DNA from: a virus
IMG/VR virus record: IMGVR_UViG_3300045988_182866
Reading direction: 5' to 3' (one strand)
Length of the DNA: 64,000 nt
Shown: piece after piece, positions 48,719 through 58,636 of the stretch
How positions within the stretch are numbered: position 1 is the stretch's first letter
How the letters are laid out: each line of letters begins with the position of its first letter
The notes under the pieces: model-generated
Seen by the model: the letters and a program-made list of their open reading frames with translations, nothing else
Database searches by the model: none
Told to the model about the DNA's origin: nothing
Made by a program: the position numbers and the translations under genes

Positions 48719-49058
48719 AAAGCTTATCTAATTTTTCTTGAAAGAACGGATTGTCTTTATTATAAGAGGCAATTCCTTTTTCGATTAATTGATATAATAT
48801 CACTTCAACAGATTTAGTCTTTAAAAAGAAATTCTTTGGCCAATTTTGCCCTCCATCATTAAATTCAAAAGAAACATCTCCTACATCTGGGTAATTCTCA
48901 TAACAAGTAACAAAAATTGAGGCTCCGGCAGGATCAATCATTATTGTCCATCGTCTGGGATCACTATCACTGAACTTATTAAAAAGCCTAATAGCAATAA
49001 AGCCGCTTTGCCTTAATCTTTTTAAGAGATAACCAGGAGTATCAATTTTATTTGCCAT
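48702..49058 (-). CDS. Hypothetical protein (118 aa)
   Basis: ORF in the replication module. Confidence 0.4.
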   Translation of the reverse strand: MANKIDTPGYLLKRLRQSGFIAIRLFNKFSDSDPRRWTIMIDPAGASIFVTCYENYPDVGDVSFEFNDGGQNWPKNFFLKTKSVEVILYQLIEKGIASYNKDNPFFQEKLDKLYGTSR

Positions 49059-49829
49059 TTAATTCTTTAAAGATTGAATAAGATAATTATGTTCCAGATT
49101 TTCAGACAATTGACGAATAAAAAGAATATTATAAGTTAATGACTTTCTCTTAACAACAGATACATCAAAAATTACTTCATCATTAAAATAATCAAGCAAT
49201 GTCCATACATCAAATTTAATTGGAATTCTTCCAATAAGTTGCCCAGTATAATCTGTTCCTAAAGATACCCTAAAAGAATCTGTTGTATCAGATTGATAAT
49301 CTGTTAATTCTCCATAAAGTACCCCGTCTTCAACATAGAAATAAACCTTTGTATTCCCGGAATTATCTCGAATAAAGGAAAATCCTTTTTCCAATTGAAT
49401 AAGTTTATCCCTGTTAAGCTTAATAGAAAAAGAAATAGGAAATGCCCTAAATTTATCTGGTGTTACCTGGGGAGGAAGAGGAATAATACTCTTTTCAGCC
49501 AAATAAAACTTTAATCTAATATAATCATTTTTATATTTGATTAAATTATCATTAATTTCAAGAATAATAGTTTCTTCGATTGCAAAATCGCAAATCTTAA
49601 GAAGCTTAGAAATATCATTAATAGGTAATTCTAGATCAACATTATTATCTCCTTCATCAGGTAAAATAAAGGAGGATAACATAATAATGTTACCCCCCTC
49701 GGAAGTTGTTAAAACCTCCATTTTTTTATCTTTAAGCTTGATAATAATGGACTCAGTAATCTTTGAAATACTTTTAAGAAATAATTTAAATTCTTTTGTC
49801 GGAATATGAAGCTTAATCTTGTTTGCCAT
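49059..49829 (-). CDS. Putative sliding clamp (gp45-like, 256 aa)
   Basis: Its size, position in the replication module and weak N-terminal resemblance to gp45 support this. It is not motif-proven. Confidence 0.4.
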   Translation of the reverse strand: MANKIKLHIPTKEFKLFLKSISKITESIIIKLKDKKMEVLTTSEGGNIIMLSSFILPDEGDNNVDLELPINDISKLLKICDFAIEETIILEINDNLIKYKNDYIRLKFYLAEKSIIPLPPQVTPDKFRAFPISFSIKLNRDKLIQLEKGFSFIRDNSGNTKVYFYVEDGVLYGELTDYQSDTTDSFRVSLGTDYTGQLIGRIPIKFDVWTLLDYFNDEVIFDVSVVKRKSLTYNILFIRQLSENLEHNYLIQSLKN

Positions 49830-50502
49830 CTGTTTCTATTTCGTCTAAAGGGTCAAGCTCTTTAAGCTCCTCCCCCGTTTCAAATGTTTCTTCTAATGAA
49901 CTATCATAATTTGTCCGGGCTGTCCCTGAAGACAAAATATCAATAAGTTTTAATAAATTATTATTGATTTCTGTAAAATGATAGGTGAAAAAGAATTTTG
50001 CATCCTCATCTAATGAAGTTAGATTGGAATTATTAATATACTCATTAGAATCCCAATTTTGGCCTTGATAAAATTCAGGCTGAGGCTGAGGTTGTTGTAC
50101 TGGGGGCTGCCAATTGTTTTGAACCGGGGGCGGCTGAGAAACAGGCTGCTGTTGCCATTGATTCTGCTGAAATTGATGCTGTTGAGCTCTTTGAGGATTA
50201 AATCCAGCCATTTGTTTAAATTGAGCCATTGCAGCATCTTTTTCAGCCTGAACCTGCTGTTCAGCTAATTGGCGGTTAATTTCAATTGCTTGTTGAGCTA
50301 ATTTCTGCCTTTCCTGAATCAAATATCTGTCCTCTTCAGTTAAACCTGCTCTTGGATCAAACTTAATTGCCCCAAGATTCTTAACAAGTCCTGCCGTAAA
50401 TTGAGCAAGAAGAGGATTGGGTCGCCCGTCAGGAAGACGGGCGAATTGATTAACGACATAAGAAGGAACAGACTGACTTTGTTGTTGCTGATTATAATTC
50501 AT
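49813..50502 (-). CDS. Gln/Pro-rich low-complexity protein with an acidic C-terminus (229 aa)
   Basis: QQNQWQQQPVSQPPPVQNNWQPPVQQPQPQPE tract. The C-terminus is ELDPLDEIETDGKQD. It lies immediately downstream of the ssDNA-binding protein gene. Confidence 0.45.
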   Translation of the reverse strand: MNYNQQQQSQSVPSYVVNQFARLPDGRPNPLLAQFTAGLVKNLGAIKFDPRAGLTEEDRYLIQERQKLAQQAIEINRQLAEQQVQAEKDAAMAQFKQMAGFNPQRAQQHQFQQNQWQQQPVSQPPPVQNNWQPPVQQPQPQPEFYQGQNWDSNEYINNSNLTSLDEDAKFFFTYHFTEINNNLLKLIDILSSGTARTNYDSSLEETFETGEELKELDPLDEIETDGKQD

Positions 50503-50504
50503 CT

Positions 50505-51455
50505 TTAGTTAAGATCAGCGGTTTGTCCATTCAAATAAGCTTCAAGCTCATTCAAGTCAACTTCAGTTGGTTCAGTTGGTTCAGTCGATTCAGAAGAACT
50601 AATTGTCTCAGTCTTGACTGGTTCTTCTCGAGTAAAAGAAGGAATCGGATCCATGCCAACAACAGAAGTAGGAGCAGAAATAGGAGCTACTTTAGCCGTA
50701 GTATCTGGATTAGCCCCCAAGAAAGTTGTCATAAACAACTTCTCAAGTTCAGAAACTTCCATATTTCGTTCAATAGCAGTCAAATCATGTGCTTGCTGAA
50801 GAATCGTATCAATATCAGCCTCACTCAAACCAAGATCACGCTTACGACGAACAAAAGTGGAAGATTTATAAGAAGTAAAATCACCTTGAGGTTCAGCATT
50901 AATATTAAGATTAATACCATCGGCAGAAAGGTCAAAAATTGCCTTCCTCATATCCTCAACATCAAATTCTTCAACAAATTTTTCCTTCTTCTTAGGATCA
51001 TCAGAACAAGCTTCTTCAATAATGTTCTGAAGTTGACGTCCGGCTTGAAGAATCTTAACCTTACCATTATTTTCAGGATTTACTGGATCATTTACAACAT
51101 AAACATTATAATACCAGGATTCCTTATAGTTAAGGCGCTTATCAACATCCTTAAACAAGGCTTCATTACCAGAATTCTTTACCTTAAAATAATATTCAGT
51201 AATAGGGCAAGCTTCGCCATAGGTGCGAGGAGAAAGAACATAAGTCCAGCGACCATCCTTAATAGACCTCCAAGAATACTGGAAAAAATGGAAAATAGAC
51301 TTATGATAGCCAGCACGTCCTTCCTTTACATAAGGAAGAAGACGAACAAGATATTCATTACCAGCTTTAAAAGAAAGCTTTTCAGTATAAAGGCCTTTTT
51401 TAGTATTAGAAGCAAAAAGTTCAGCCGAGGATTGGAAAAAATCATTTAGATTCAT
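50505..51455 (-). CDS. ssDNA-binding protein (T4 gp32-like)
   Basis: WYYNVYVVNDPVNPENNGKVKIL matches gp32 [23 protein letters not shown]. RLLP matches RFLP. There is an acidic C-terminal tail. Confidence 0.8.
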   Translation of the reverse strand: MNLNDFFQSSAELFASNTKKGLYTEKLSFKAGNEYLVRLLPYVKEGRAGYHKSIFHFFQYSWRSIKDGRWTYVLSPRTYGEACPITEYYFKVKNSGNEALFKDVDKRLNYKESWYYNVYVVNDPVNPENNGKVKILQAGRQLQNIIEEACSDDPKKKEKFVEEFDVEDMRKAIFDLSADGINLNINAEPQGDFTSYKSSTFVRRKRDLGLSEADIDTILQQAHDLTAIERNMEVSELEKLFMTTFLGANPDTTAKVAPISAPTSVVGMDPIPSFTREEPVKTETISSSESTEPTEPTEVDLNELEAYLNGQTADLN

Positions 51456-51473
51456 AGATTTATTTTTTTTAAT

Positions 51474-52106
51474 TTAATTTTGTTTAATTTCGTTTAATTT
51501 ATTGCCAATATTTTTTAATCTTTTCGAATAATTGTATTGTCTTTGTGTTTCGAAGAACTTCTTTTTGAAATCCTCCAAGTATATATTTAATATCTCATCT
51601 TCATATAAGTCACTTAATTTCAAGTGAAAAGCATGTAAATGATATAATGAAATATATTGCTTCTTCAAATGAATCAGATATTGAAAAATACCTTTATCAT
51701 TTGTTATTTTCGGATAATCATGTAACTTAATTTTATTTTCTCGGACAAAATTAATAATAAACTTTAATCCTTCAATAAAATCATTTACCGATTCATCTGA
51801 ATCTATAAAAGTATTATACCGTTCTTTTATGAACTTTGAATAACTTTTAACCGCAATATAAGTATGAAAAAATCCTAAGTGAAGGTAGGTGTTCGTCAAA
51901 TTTGCAAAACCTGATTTAAAGAACAAATCCTCATTAATCTCTGGATTTCGTTGAAAGAAAAGATCTAACTTGACTAAATCAGTTTTTATATCATCAGAAA
52001 TATTAGAAAAGTCCTTCCGCTTATTATATGGTCTATTTTGACTTAGAGCTAAATGTTTAAGATATAAATTATAAATCTTTTGTTGATTTTCAGTTAATTC
52101 TTCCAT
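51474..52106 (-). CDS. Hypothetical protein, possible helicase-loader (gp59-like) by position (210 aa)
   Basis: It sits between the helicase and gp32-like genes, and its size is close to gp59. Sequence resemblance is weak. Confidence 0.3.
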   Translation of the reverse strand: MEELTENQQKIYNLYLKHLALSQNRPYNKRKDFSNISDDIKTDLVKLDLFFQRNPEINEDLFFKSGFANLTNTYLHLGFFHTYIAVKSYSKFIKERYNTFIDSDESVNDFIEGLKFIINFVRENKIKLHDYPKITNDKGIFQYLIHLKKQYISLYHLHAFHLKLSDLYEDEILNIYLEDFKKKFFETQRQYNYSKRLKNIGNKLNEIKQN

Positions 52107-52368
52107 TCAAATATTGAAGTATCAATTTAGATTTTACTAAACTTGGATCAATTTCTAAAAGATATTTGCAAATCTCTATATCAGAGTCAAGTCCGGTAAT
52201 TTCCTTTGCTATATGATTAAATCGCTTGTCAGTTAAAACTAAAATAAAAACATTTTGAAAATTAATTTTCTTTCCGCTCATTAAAGTCAATAATGTAGCC
52301 AACTGATAAAGAGAATTAATTATTTCACTATCCTCTAAAGATAAAAGATCTGCATCATCTAAGCTCAT
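52090..52368 (-). CDS. Hypothetical protein (92 aa)
   Basis: ORF. Confidence 0.35.
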   Translation of the reverse strand: MSLDDADLLSLEDSEIINSLYQLATLLTLMSGKKINFQNVFILVLTDKRFNHIAKEITGLDSDIEICKYLLEIDPSLVKSKLILQYLNGRIN

Positions 52369-52373
52369 TTGTT

Positions 52374-53711
52374 TTAGTTATTATCTGAAACTAAAAATGC
52401 CGATAAAGAATCTTCTACAGTTTCTTCTAAAGTAGATTTATATGATCCTTCTTGCTCCAAATCTTCAATTTTTAAAGTATCGTATGCTATTTTCATTACT
52501 ATACTAAAATCTACAGGACCATATCTATTCTTGGCAAAACCTAATCTGATAAAATTCATTACCGAATCTTCTTCATTCTTAAAAATTTCCCAAATAACAT
52601 CTGCAGTCGCAGAAACACCTGTTGATTCAGAAATAGAGTTCAATCCACTCATTTTTTTACCATCTGCGCTGCGATTTTGCTGGGTCAATGACACTACTGG
52701 CGCCGATAACCAATAACTTAACGCTCTTGTATGTTCAGCAATTCCTTTAAGTTTTTCATATAGATTATTGCCAGGTCCATCAAAAAGATTAATATAATCG
52801 ATACAAAGTGCATCAATTTTTATTCCTTTTTCTACTATATGCTTTTTAATCCATCCCTTTAATTCAGGAACAGTAATAGTTGACGGTGGAAATTCTTTAA
52901 TAATAATCTTTCCTGGCTTATTCTTCATCTTTTCCTTCACTTCATCTGTTCTCAAATGCAGCTCAGCAAATGGAATTGCTGTTTGTTGAGAACAAAAGCG
53001 AGAAGCGTAAGCTAATTCTGACATTTCAAGAGTAATGAGGAGAACTGTCTTTCCCTGATTGGCAATATTACATGCAATATTTCCTAAAAATAATGATTTA
53101 CCCTTATTCGGAGGAGCCATAAACAAATATAAAGCTTTTCCATCTTCATAAAAGCCTCCATCAATATACTTGTCCAAAGATTTAAATCCGGTAGAAATAG
53201 TTCTCTTCTTTTCCTTTAATGCAGTAAGGATATTACCAATATCTTCATATAAATCTAACCCTTTTTCATTATCAAGGGTAATATTGCAAACCTGTTCAAA
53301 CTTTTCAAGAACTTTAGAAGAATTAATTTCTCCTTTTTCCAATTCTCCGGCAACAGAGATCATAGTTTGAATAATTCCGCGTTCCTTAATGAATCTTTCT
53401 GCAGATTTCAGGAATAAATCTTTATCCATTCCTTCATAGTCAATATGTTCAATCTCATTAAAGACAGAATCTATTGCATGTTTATATTCTTTCTTGTTCA
53501 AGAAGAGAATAAGCTCATCTTTCGTCGGTAATTTTTCTCTTTTTTCAAAGAAAAACTTATAAAAATTAACAACTAAAGCATAATTCTCATTTTTAAAAAA
53601 TAATTTTGGATTTGTTAAGAACCTTCCCAAAGTTGATAAGACCATTACATCAGAAACAATACCCTTAACAAGAAAAGGTTCAAAATCGTCTAAATCAAAC
53701 TTTTCAAACAT
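52374..53711 (-). CDS. Replicative DNA helicase (DnaB family, T4 gp41-like)
   Basis: GFKSLDKYIDGGFYEDGKALYLFMAPPNKGKSLFLGNIACNIA (Walker A) and LLITLEMS are present. The size is typical for DnaB-like helicases. Confidence 0.85.
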   Translation of the reverse strand: MFEKFDLDDFEPFLVKGIVSDVMVLSTLGRFLTNPKLFFKNENYALVVNFYKFFFEKREKLPTKDELILFLNKKEYKHAIDSVFNEIEHIDYEGMDKDLFLKSAERFIKERGIIQTMISVAGELEKGEINSSKVLEKFEQVCNITLDNEKGLDLYEDIGNILTALKEKKRTISTGFKSLDKYIDGGFYEDGKALYLFMAPPNKGKSLFLGNIACNIANQGKTVLLITLEMSELAYASRFCSQQTAIPFAELHLRTDEVKEKMKNKPGKIIIKEFPPSTITVPELKGWIKKHIVEKGIKIDALCIDYINLFDGPGNNLYEKLKGIAEHTRALSYWLSAPVVSLTQQNRSADGKKMSGLNSISESTGVSATADVIWEIFKNEEDSVMNFIRLGFAKNRYGPVDFSIVMKIAYDTLKIEDLEQEGSYKSTLEETVEDSLSAFLVSDNN

Positions 53712-53750
53712 TGTTATTCCATTTTATTTTAGTCCTGAAAAAAGATAAGT

Positions 53751-53764
53751 GCACCTATAGGTGC
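53751..53764. promoter_or_regulatory. 14-bp perfect palindrome GCACCTATAGGTGC in the divergent promoter region, followed by a late-promoter-like AATAAATA at 53774-53781
   Basis: Read from the sequence. It lies between the helicase gene start and the 842-aa gene start. Confidence 0.35.
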
Positions 53765-53787
53765 TCAATACTCAATAAATACCATAA

Positions 53788-56316
53788 ATGATTAAGATAG
53801 ATACTTATCGAGATTTAATGACCCGCCCAATTTTGGAGGCATTAATTGAAAAAAGAAAAACAAAAAGCGATGAAACTGAGCAGCGTCCAGTAGTTAATAC
53901 TCGAACTAAGCTGGAAAATCGCGGAAAAGGCGAAGAAAGCTCTTATGTATTTGATTTACCCGAAAAATCAACCTTTAGAAATACTGCCGGAAGAGGATTG
54001 CTTGAATTAGCTGCAGATGAGCAGGATGTTCAATATATGATTGCTCAAATTACTCTTTCTAACTTAGGCCTTATTCCTAAAGTTTATCGCTCCAGGAGAA
54101 TTAACGTTAATCCATCTAATGTTTCCAAGATTAATAAGATTAAAACTCTCCTTACTCAATTATTTTCTCATACCGTTTTAGATGATGATGCTCCTGCCGG
54201 GGTCCTTAAGACACTTTTGGCCAATCCTAAAATGGAAATTGACAATAAAGTTGGCTTTAATACTTTTGATTTGCTTAATCGAGTTAAAAGTTGGGACCAG
54301 GTTCTTGACAATTTAAAGAAAAATGTAGCCCGTAGCATTGCAGGTTTATCGGGAAGAGCAGAAAAAACCCATAAAATCTCTCAAGACTTCCATGATCGTA
54401 TTGGTAAAGCTGATTGGAGTGATACTGTAGATGCCCCCCAAACTGTTGCTGATGTAGCTAAAAATATTTTTGGTGAATCTGTTGATGAAATTCCTGAAAC
54501 ATTGACTCAAGAGGAAAAAGAAAAGATGTTTGTTAATGCTTACTCTATTCTTAAACCTCTTTATGAAGCTGCTTCCAAATCCGGATTAAGTCCTGCCGGC
54601 TATCTTAAATTCCAGCAAAACCTCGACCGAGTTGCCGGGGCACTTAAAACTAATGAAATCAGCAAATATATCAATGAAATTGAGGCAAAGCGTCAACCAA
54701 GAACAGTTGAGGACTATAAAGATGTCTTAATTGAAGCATTAGCACGAGCCGTTAGGGGCGATGATTCCAAAATGCAGGTTAGTAATCTTATTTCCAAGCA
54801 AGCTACTACCGCTTTACGCTGGTTAACTCGGCATTTAACCAAACTTGGCTATACTGGCGGTTTAAAGATTGCTAATGTTCTCGATTATATTAAAAATGGG
54901 GATGATGAATATGCTAATGATGCCCGTTATTATCTGGAAAACATCTATAATATTACTCCGGATCAATTAACTGTACAAAATTTCCCATCCTTTAAAAAGT
55001 TTGTTAATACTTTATATCAAAACTTTGAAAAAGTAATGGGTTCTTATAAAGCTCTTAAAGATCGCCCAAAAGCATCTCAACGCCTTAATCTTAAAAATCC
55101 TGATAAGCCGATGGTTACTGACCGAAAAGGCGGTATCGGCCAATCTATCCCGGCTATTAAAAAATCTATCGAAGCTTCAGAAAAACTTCTGGCTAATTTT
55201 GATGAAAAAAATGAGCGGTTACAAAAGGCTATTGAATTCGATAAAGAATGGAAAGCTGGTAAAGCTAAGATGTATGTAGCCGTTACTGCCGGTACCCTTG
55301 GCTTGGGAGGTCGAACTGATACTTCTCCTGTAATTGAATTTGGCGAAGTAACTCGGCCAGAACTTAACAAGATGACCGCCGATAACCTTGCTAATGGTTA
55401 TATTGATCTTGTTACTCCAAAATATAAAGAAGCATATAAAAATCTTCTTGAATCTGATCCTGAATTACCTAAAAAGATTAGGAATCACATTATTAAGCAG
55501 AAGAATGTTGCTCCTAGCAAAGTTGCTAACCAACTTCGATTTGACCTTGGCAAAACTTTGAATAAAGACGGCTCTTCTAACCGTCAATGGTATATTGATC
55601 GAATCAATAAGTTTAAAGAACAACTTGCCGCTGTTTCTGGAAAAAAAGTTGAAAAAGAAACTGTCGAACGTAAGAAGCTTTCCGATTTCTCCGATGAAGG
55701 AGTTGAGGGTGATATTGATATGCCTTATACAATCTTTAAAGTTGATGAAACAGCTCCTCGCCTTATTAGCCCAATTATTGTTGCCCTCAAGAAAACACTT
55801 GAAAAATATAATGCAACAGTTGACTGGTCTACTAACTTTGAAGATGAAGAAGGATATATTACTATCTATTATCCGGAAAATGGCAAGTTCTTTAATGCTA
55901 AAGATCCTAAAAAGCTTGTCGAAGACCTTCGTAAATCTATTCAAACCATGGCAGCTCGCCTTGGATATGATTATGTAGATATTACAACTTATTCTTATGA
56001 ATTTGCTAAAGACCAATATGATTCTTCCGGATTTGTAATACCTCAAGATGATGAAGATTCCGAAGAAGATATTGAAATAAACAATGATAGTGAATCAGCT
56101 GAAATAGAATCTGAATTTGAAAGTGAAGATGAAGAAGAAACTGATGATCCTCTTGTATCGATGGCGCTTGATGCAATCGAACATAAAAAAGATGATTGCG
56201 AATCTGCCTCTAAAAAACCTGTTAAACGAGAAGTAAAATTCATTCCCAATAAGGACAGATACCCTAGGGAACGAATTCAAAATCAATGGCGAAAGAGCTA
56301 TTTCTGGAACCAATAA
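53788..56316 (+). CDS. Large hypothetical protein (842 aa) on the opposite strand inside the replication module
   Basis: Long ORF with no recognised catalytic motif. It ends in an acidic Ser/Glu/Asp-rich C-terminus, is followed by a terminator, and is preceded by a T4-late-like AATAAATA. Confidence 0.55.
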   Translation: MIKIDTYRDLMTRPILEALIEKRKTKSDETEQRPVVNTRTKLENRGKGEESSYVFDLPEKSTFRNTAGRGLLELAADEQDVQYMIAQITLSNLGLIPKVYRSRRINVNPSNVSKINKIKTLLTQLFSHTVLDDDAPAGVLKTLLANPKMEIDNKVGFNTFDLLNRVKSWDQVLDNLKKNVARSIAGLSGRAEKTHKISQDFHDRIGKADWSDTVDAPQTVADVAKNIFGESVDEIPETLTQEEKEKMFVNAYSILKPLYEAASKSGLSPAGYLKFQQNLDRVAGALKTNEISKYINEIEAKRQPRTVEDYKDVLIEALARAVRGDDSKMQVSNLISKQATTALRWLTRHLTKLGYTGGLKIANVLDYIKNGDDEYANDARYYLENIYNITPDQLTVQNFPSFKKFVNTLYQNFEKVMGSYKALKDRPKASQRLNLKNPDKPMVTDRKGGIGQSIPAIKKSIEASEKLLANFDEKNERLQKAIEFDKEWKAGKAKMYVAVTAGTLGLGGRTDTSPVIEFGEVTRPELNKMTADNLANGYIDLVTPKYKEAYKNLLESDPELPKKIRNHIIKQKNVAPSKVANQLRFDLGKTLNKDGSSNRQWYIDRINKFKEQLAAVSGKKVEKETVERKKLSDFSDEGVEGDIDMPYTIFKVDETAPRLISPIIVALKKTLEKYNATVDWSTNFEDEEGYITIYYPENGKFFNAKDPKKLVEDLRKSIQTMAARLGYDYVDITTYSYEFAKDQYDSSGFVIPQDDEDSEEDIEINNDSESAEIESEFESEDEEETDDPLVSMALDAIEHKKDDCESASKKPVKREVKFIPNKDRYPRERIQNQWRKSYFWNQ

Positions 56317-56333
56317 TTAATAAAGCTAAATTG

Positions 56334-56366
56334 AAAAACCCGAAGGATTAAATCCTTCGGGTTTTT
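56334..56366. terminator. Bidirectional terminator AAAAACCCGAAGG-attaaat-CCTTCGGGTTTTT
   Basis: Read from the sequence. Confidence 0.65.
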
Positions 56367-56394
56367 CTTTTGTCAATATTTCATAAAAATATTC

Positions 56395-57177
56395 TTAACC
56401 TAAATATGGCCGGCAATAATCATAATTATTAGAGTCTGCTTGGTTAGGCATCTCAGGATCACCTGCACAACCAGGACATTGAAGGACTCCAGAACATCCA
56501 GAACACATTATTACTTCTGAGTTCTCATTTCCTCCCTCACAGTCACAATCTTGACATTCACTTTCTTCAGCACAAGTAGTAGAAATATCTTCTTCACAGT
56601 CACAATATTCACTGGCTAAGAAGAAAAGCTTAGAATCATTATACTTCAGCCATTCGTTATATTCATTCATACTGAATAAGTCTTGGTCTACATTCTTAAA
56701 ATATTCAGTAAACTTCTTATCAGTAATATCTTTGCCATAAGAAAGGCATGGAAATCTAAGGCTGAAATAGACATCCTGAAACTTAACACCATAATCATTT
56801 GCCTGCTTCTTAATTAAATCAATAATATCAGAAGAAATTCCTTCATACCAGGAATCAACAGCTACAGTGACTGTAAGCTTATTATAATTATACCGATGTC
56901 CTTTTCCGTTAGGTTCCAAAACAGTTTGTGTTCCTGTATTGAAATCCACATAAACTACATGAGGTTTCTTAATACTACAAAGTCGCTTCGATTCATATTC
57001 ACGACGATTTTCTGTATAATCAAGCTTAAAACCCCGCTTTTTAAGTGCCTCATCTTCTACAAGAAATGTAATGCTGGATGGATGCTTTTCATAAATTTCT
57101 CCACCCAAAAATTCACACATTTCAATGGCCTTGTTCAGGTCATCACTACAATCAAGTTTTTTCGTTACAAAAATCAT
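56395..57177 (-). CDS. Hypothetical protein with a Cys-rich, metal-binding-like C-terminus (260 aa)
   Basis: CDCEEDISTTCAEESECQDCDCEGG...MCSGCSGVLQCPGCAG. Confidence 0.45.
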   Translation of the reverse strand: MIFVTKKLDCSDDLNKAIEMCEFLGGEIYEKHPSSITFLVEDEALKKRGFKLDYTENRREYESKRLCSIKKPHVVYVDFNTGTQTVLEPNGKGHRYNYNKLTVTVAVDSWYEGISSDIIDLIKKQANDYGVKFQDVYFSLRFPCLSYGKDITDKKFTEYFKNVDQDLFSMNEYNEWLKYNDSKLFFLASEYCDCEEDISTTCAEESECQDCDCEGGNENSEVIMCSGCSGVLQCPGCAGDPEMPNQADSNNYDYCRPYLG

Positions 57178-57182
57178 ATAAA

Positions 57183-58295
57183 TTATTCTTCAATTAATTC
57201 TTCTTCAGTTTCTTCCTCTGGAATATCATGGGCTGAATAACCCCATGCTTCAGGTAAGCGTCGTTCAATTTCAGGATAAATTTTTTCATCCCAAAGCTCT
57301 TTCTTCTTTCGGAAAGCTTTAGCATAACCAAGAGATGTTCCGTCATAAAGATCATAAACACTTCCCCGACGTTCGATAACACCAAGGTTGATTGCTAATT
57401 CAAGTGTTCCATATTCTTCATCCAAACCAGTCTTCCAGCTAAGGTACATAGAACCCTCAATCATTGGACGAATGAAACGATTCTTAACACACATACAACG
57501 CATTTCAATACCAGCAATTCCCTTACCAACTTCATCCTTTTCACCAGAATCTTTTTCTTTAAGATTCTTTTTAGCAAGCTGGACAACTACAGAAGGAAGA
57601 TAACGGCAAGCTTTGCCGCCATTCATGCACTTAACCAAATCTGGGTACATTTCATTTGGATTATCATAAATATGGTTAGTAACCACAAATGTAGTTTTGG
57701 TTAAGCCCCCGTATGTTGTACAAGTTTTCAATAAAGATTTAATTGCCTTTGCAATTGTACCCATATCTGCGGAAGTAGAATCTTTATCCATTCTCTTTGT
57801 TTCCATTTCAGAAAGCATATTTGCAAGAGAATCAATAACTACAAGAAACTTTCCTTCCATGTGTGTTTCTTCAATCTTTTGAAGAAGAGCAAAAATTGCA
57901 TTTCGAACTTGCTCAATGGATTTAGCTGGGAAATACTTAATCTTCTTTGGATCGGCTCCAAGAGATTCAACCATTCTAGCATCAATAGCATTTTCAGTAT
58001 CGAATACTACAGTATACATTCCCATTTTCTGAGCATTTCCCACAATTTTTTGAGCGATAAAGCTCTTACCAGATGCGCTTTCCCCGGCTAAAAGGGTTAC
58101 GCGCCCTTTTGGAATTCCTCCATATAATGATCCAGAAATTACTGCGTTAAGCATCTTGCTTCCTGTATCAATCCACTCATCTACATTAGAAAGAGTGGAT
58201 TGATCTAAGAAAGAAGAATAAGGACTATAATCATCCAATACATCAAAAACTTTTGATGCAAGTTTATTAATATCAACTTTTTCTTCTTCTGCCAT
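57183..58295 (-). CDS. RecA-family recombinase (T4 UvsX-like)
   Basis: Walker A GESASGKSF sits in a RecA-like core (LYGGIPKGRVTLLAGESASGKSFIAQ). The size is typical of UvsX/RecA. Confidence 0.8.
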   Translation of the reverse strand: MAEEEKVDINKLASKVFDVLDDYSPYSSFLDQSTLSNVDEWIDTGSKMLNAVISGSLYGGIPKGRVTLLAGESASGKSFIAQKIVGNAQKMGMYTVVFDTENAIDARMVESLGADPKKIKYFPAKSIEQVRNAIFALLQKIEETHMEGKFLVVIDSLANMLSEMETKRMDKDSTSADMGTIAKAIKSLLKTCTTYGGLTKTTFVVTNHIYDNPNEMYPDLVKCMNGGKACRYLPSVVVQLAKKNLKEKDSGEKDEVGKGIAGIEMRCMCVKNRFIRPMIEGSMYLSWKTGLDEEYGTLELAINLGVIERRGSVYDLYDGTSLGYAKAFRKKKELWDEKIYPEIERRLPEAWGYSAHDIPEEETEEELIEE

Positions 58296-58297
58296 AA

Positions 58298-58624
58298 TTA
58301 AAGACTTTGAGTAATTTCCTTATACTGCTTAACAAGCGGAGATTCTTGATTTTCAGTAATCATATGAGGAAACTTACTAAGTTTATCGATACTCAATTCA
58401 AAGTCATTCCCAAGATATTCTTTAAAGAGGTAAGGTACAAGATCTACCTTAAACTTAGTCTTAGCAGCCCGAGGGTCATTAGGATTACAAGGAGCCCCAT
58501 CTTCTGTAACCGTATATTGCATATTAACAATCATATACGGATTTTCAATTATCTTTTCAGAAGAATTAAGAACCCCAACAGATGTTACTCCTCCATCTAC
58601 CCAAATATAATATTGATTTTCCAT
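58298..58624 (-). CDS. Hypothetical protein (108 aa)
   Basis: ORF. Confidence 0.4.
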   Translation of the reverse strand: MENQYYIWVDGGVTSVGVLNSSEKIIENPYMIVNMQYTVTEDGAPCNPNDPRAAKTKFKVDLVPYLFKEYLGNDFELSIDKLSKFPHMITENQESPLVKQYKEITQSL

Positions 58625-58636
58625 TTTTTATTAAAT

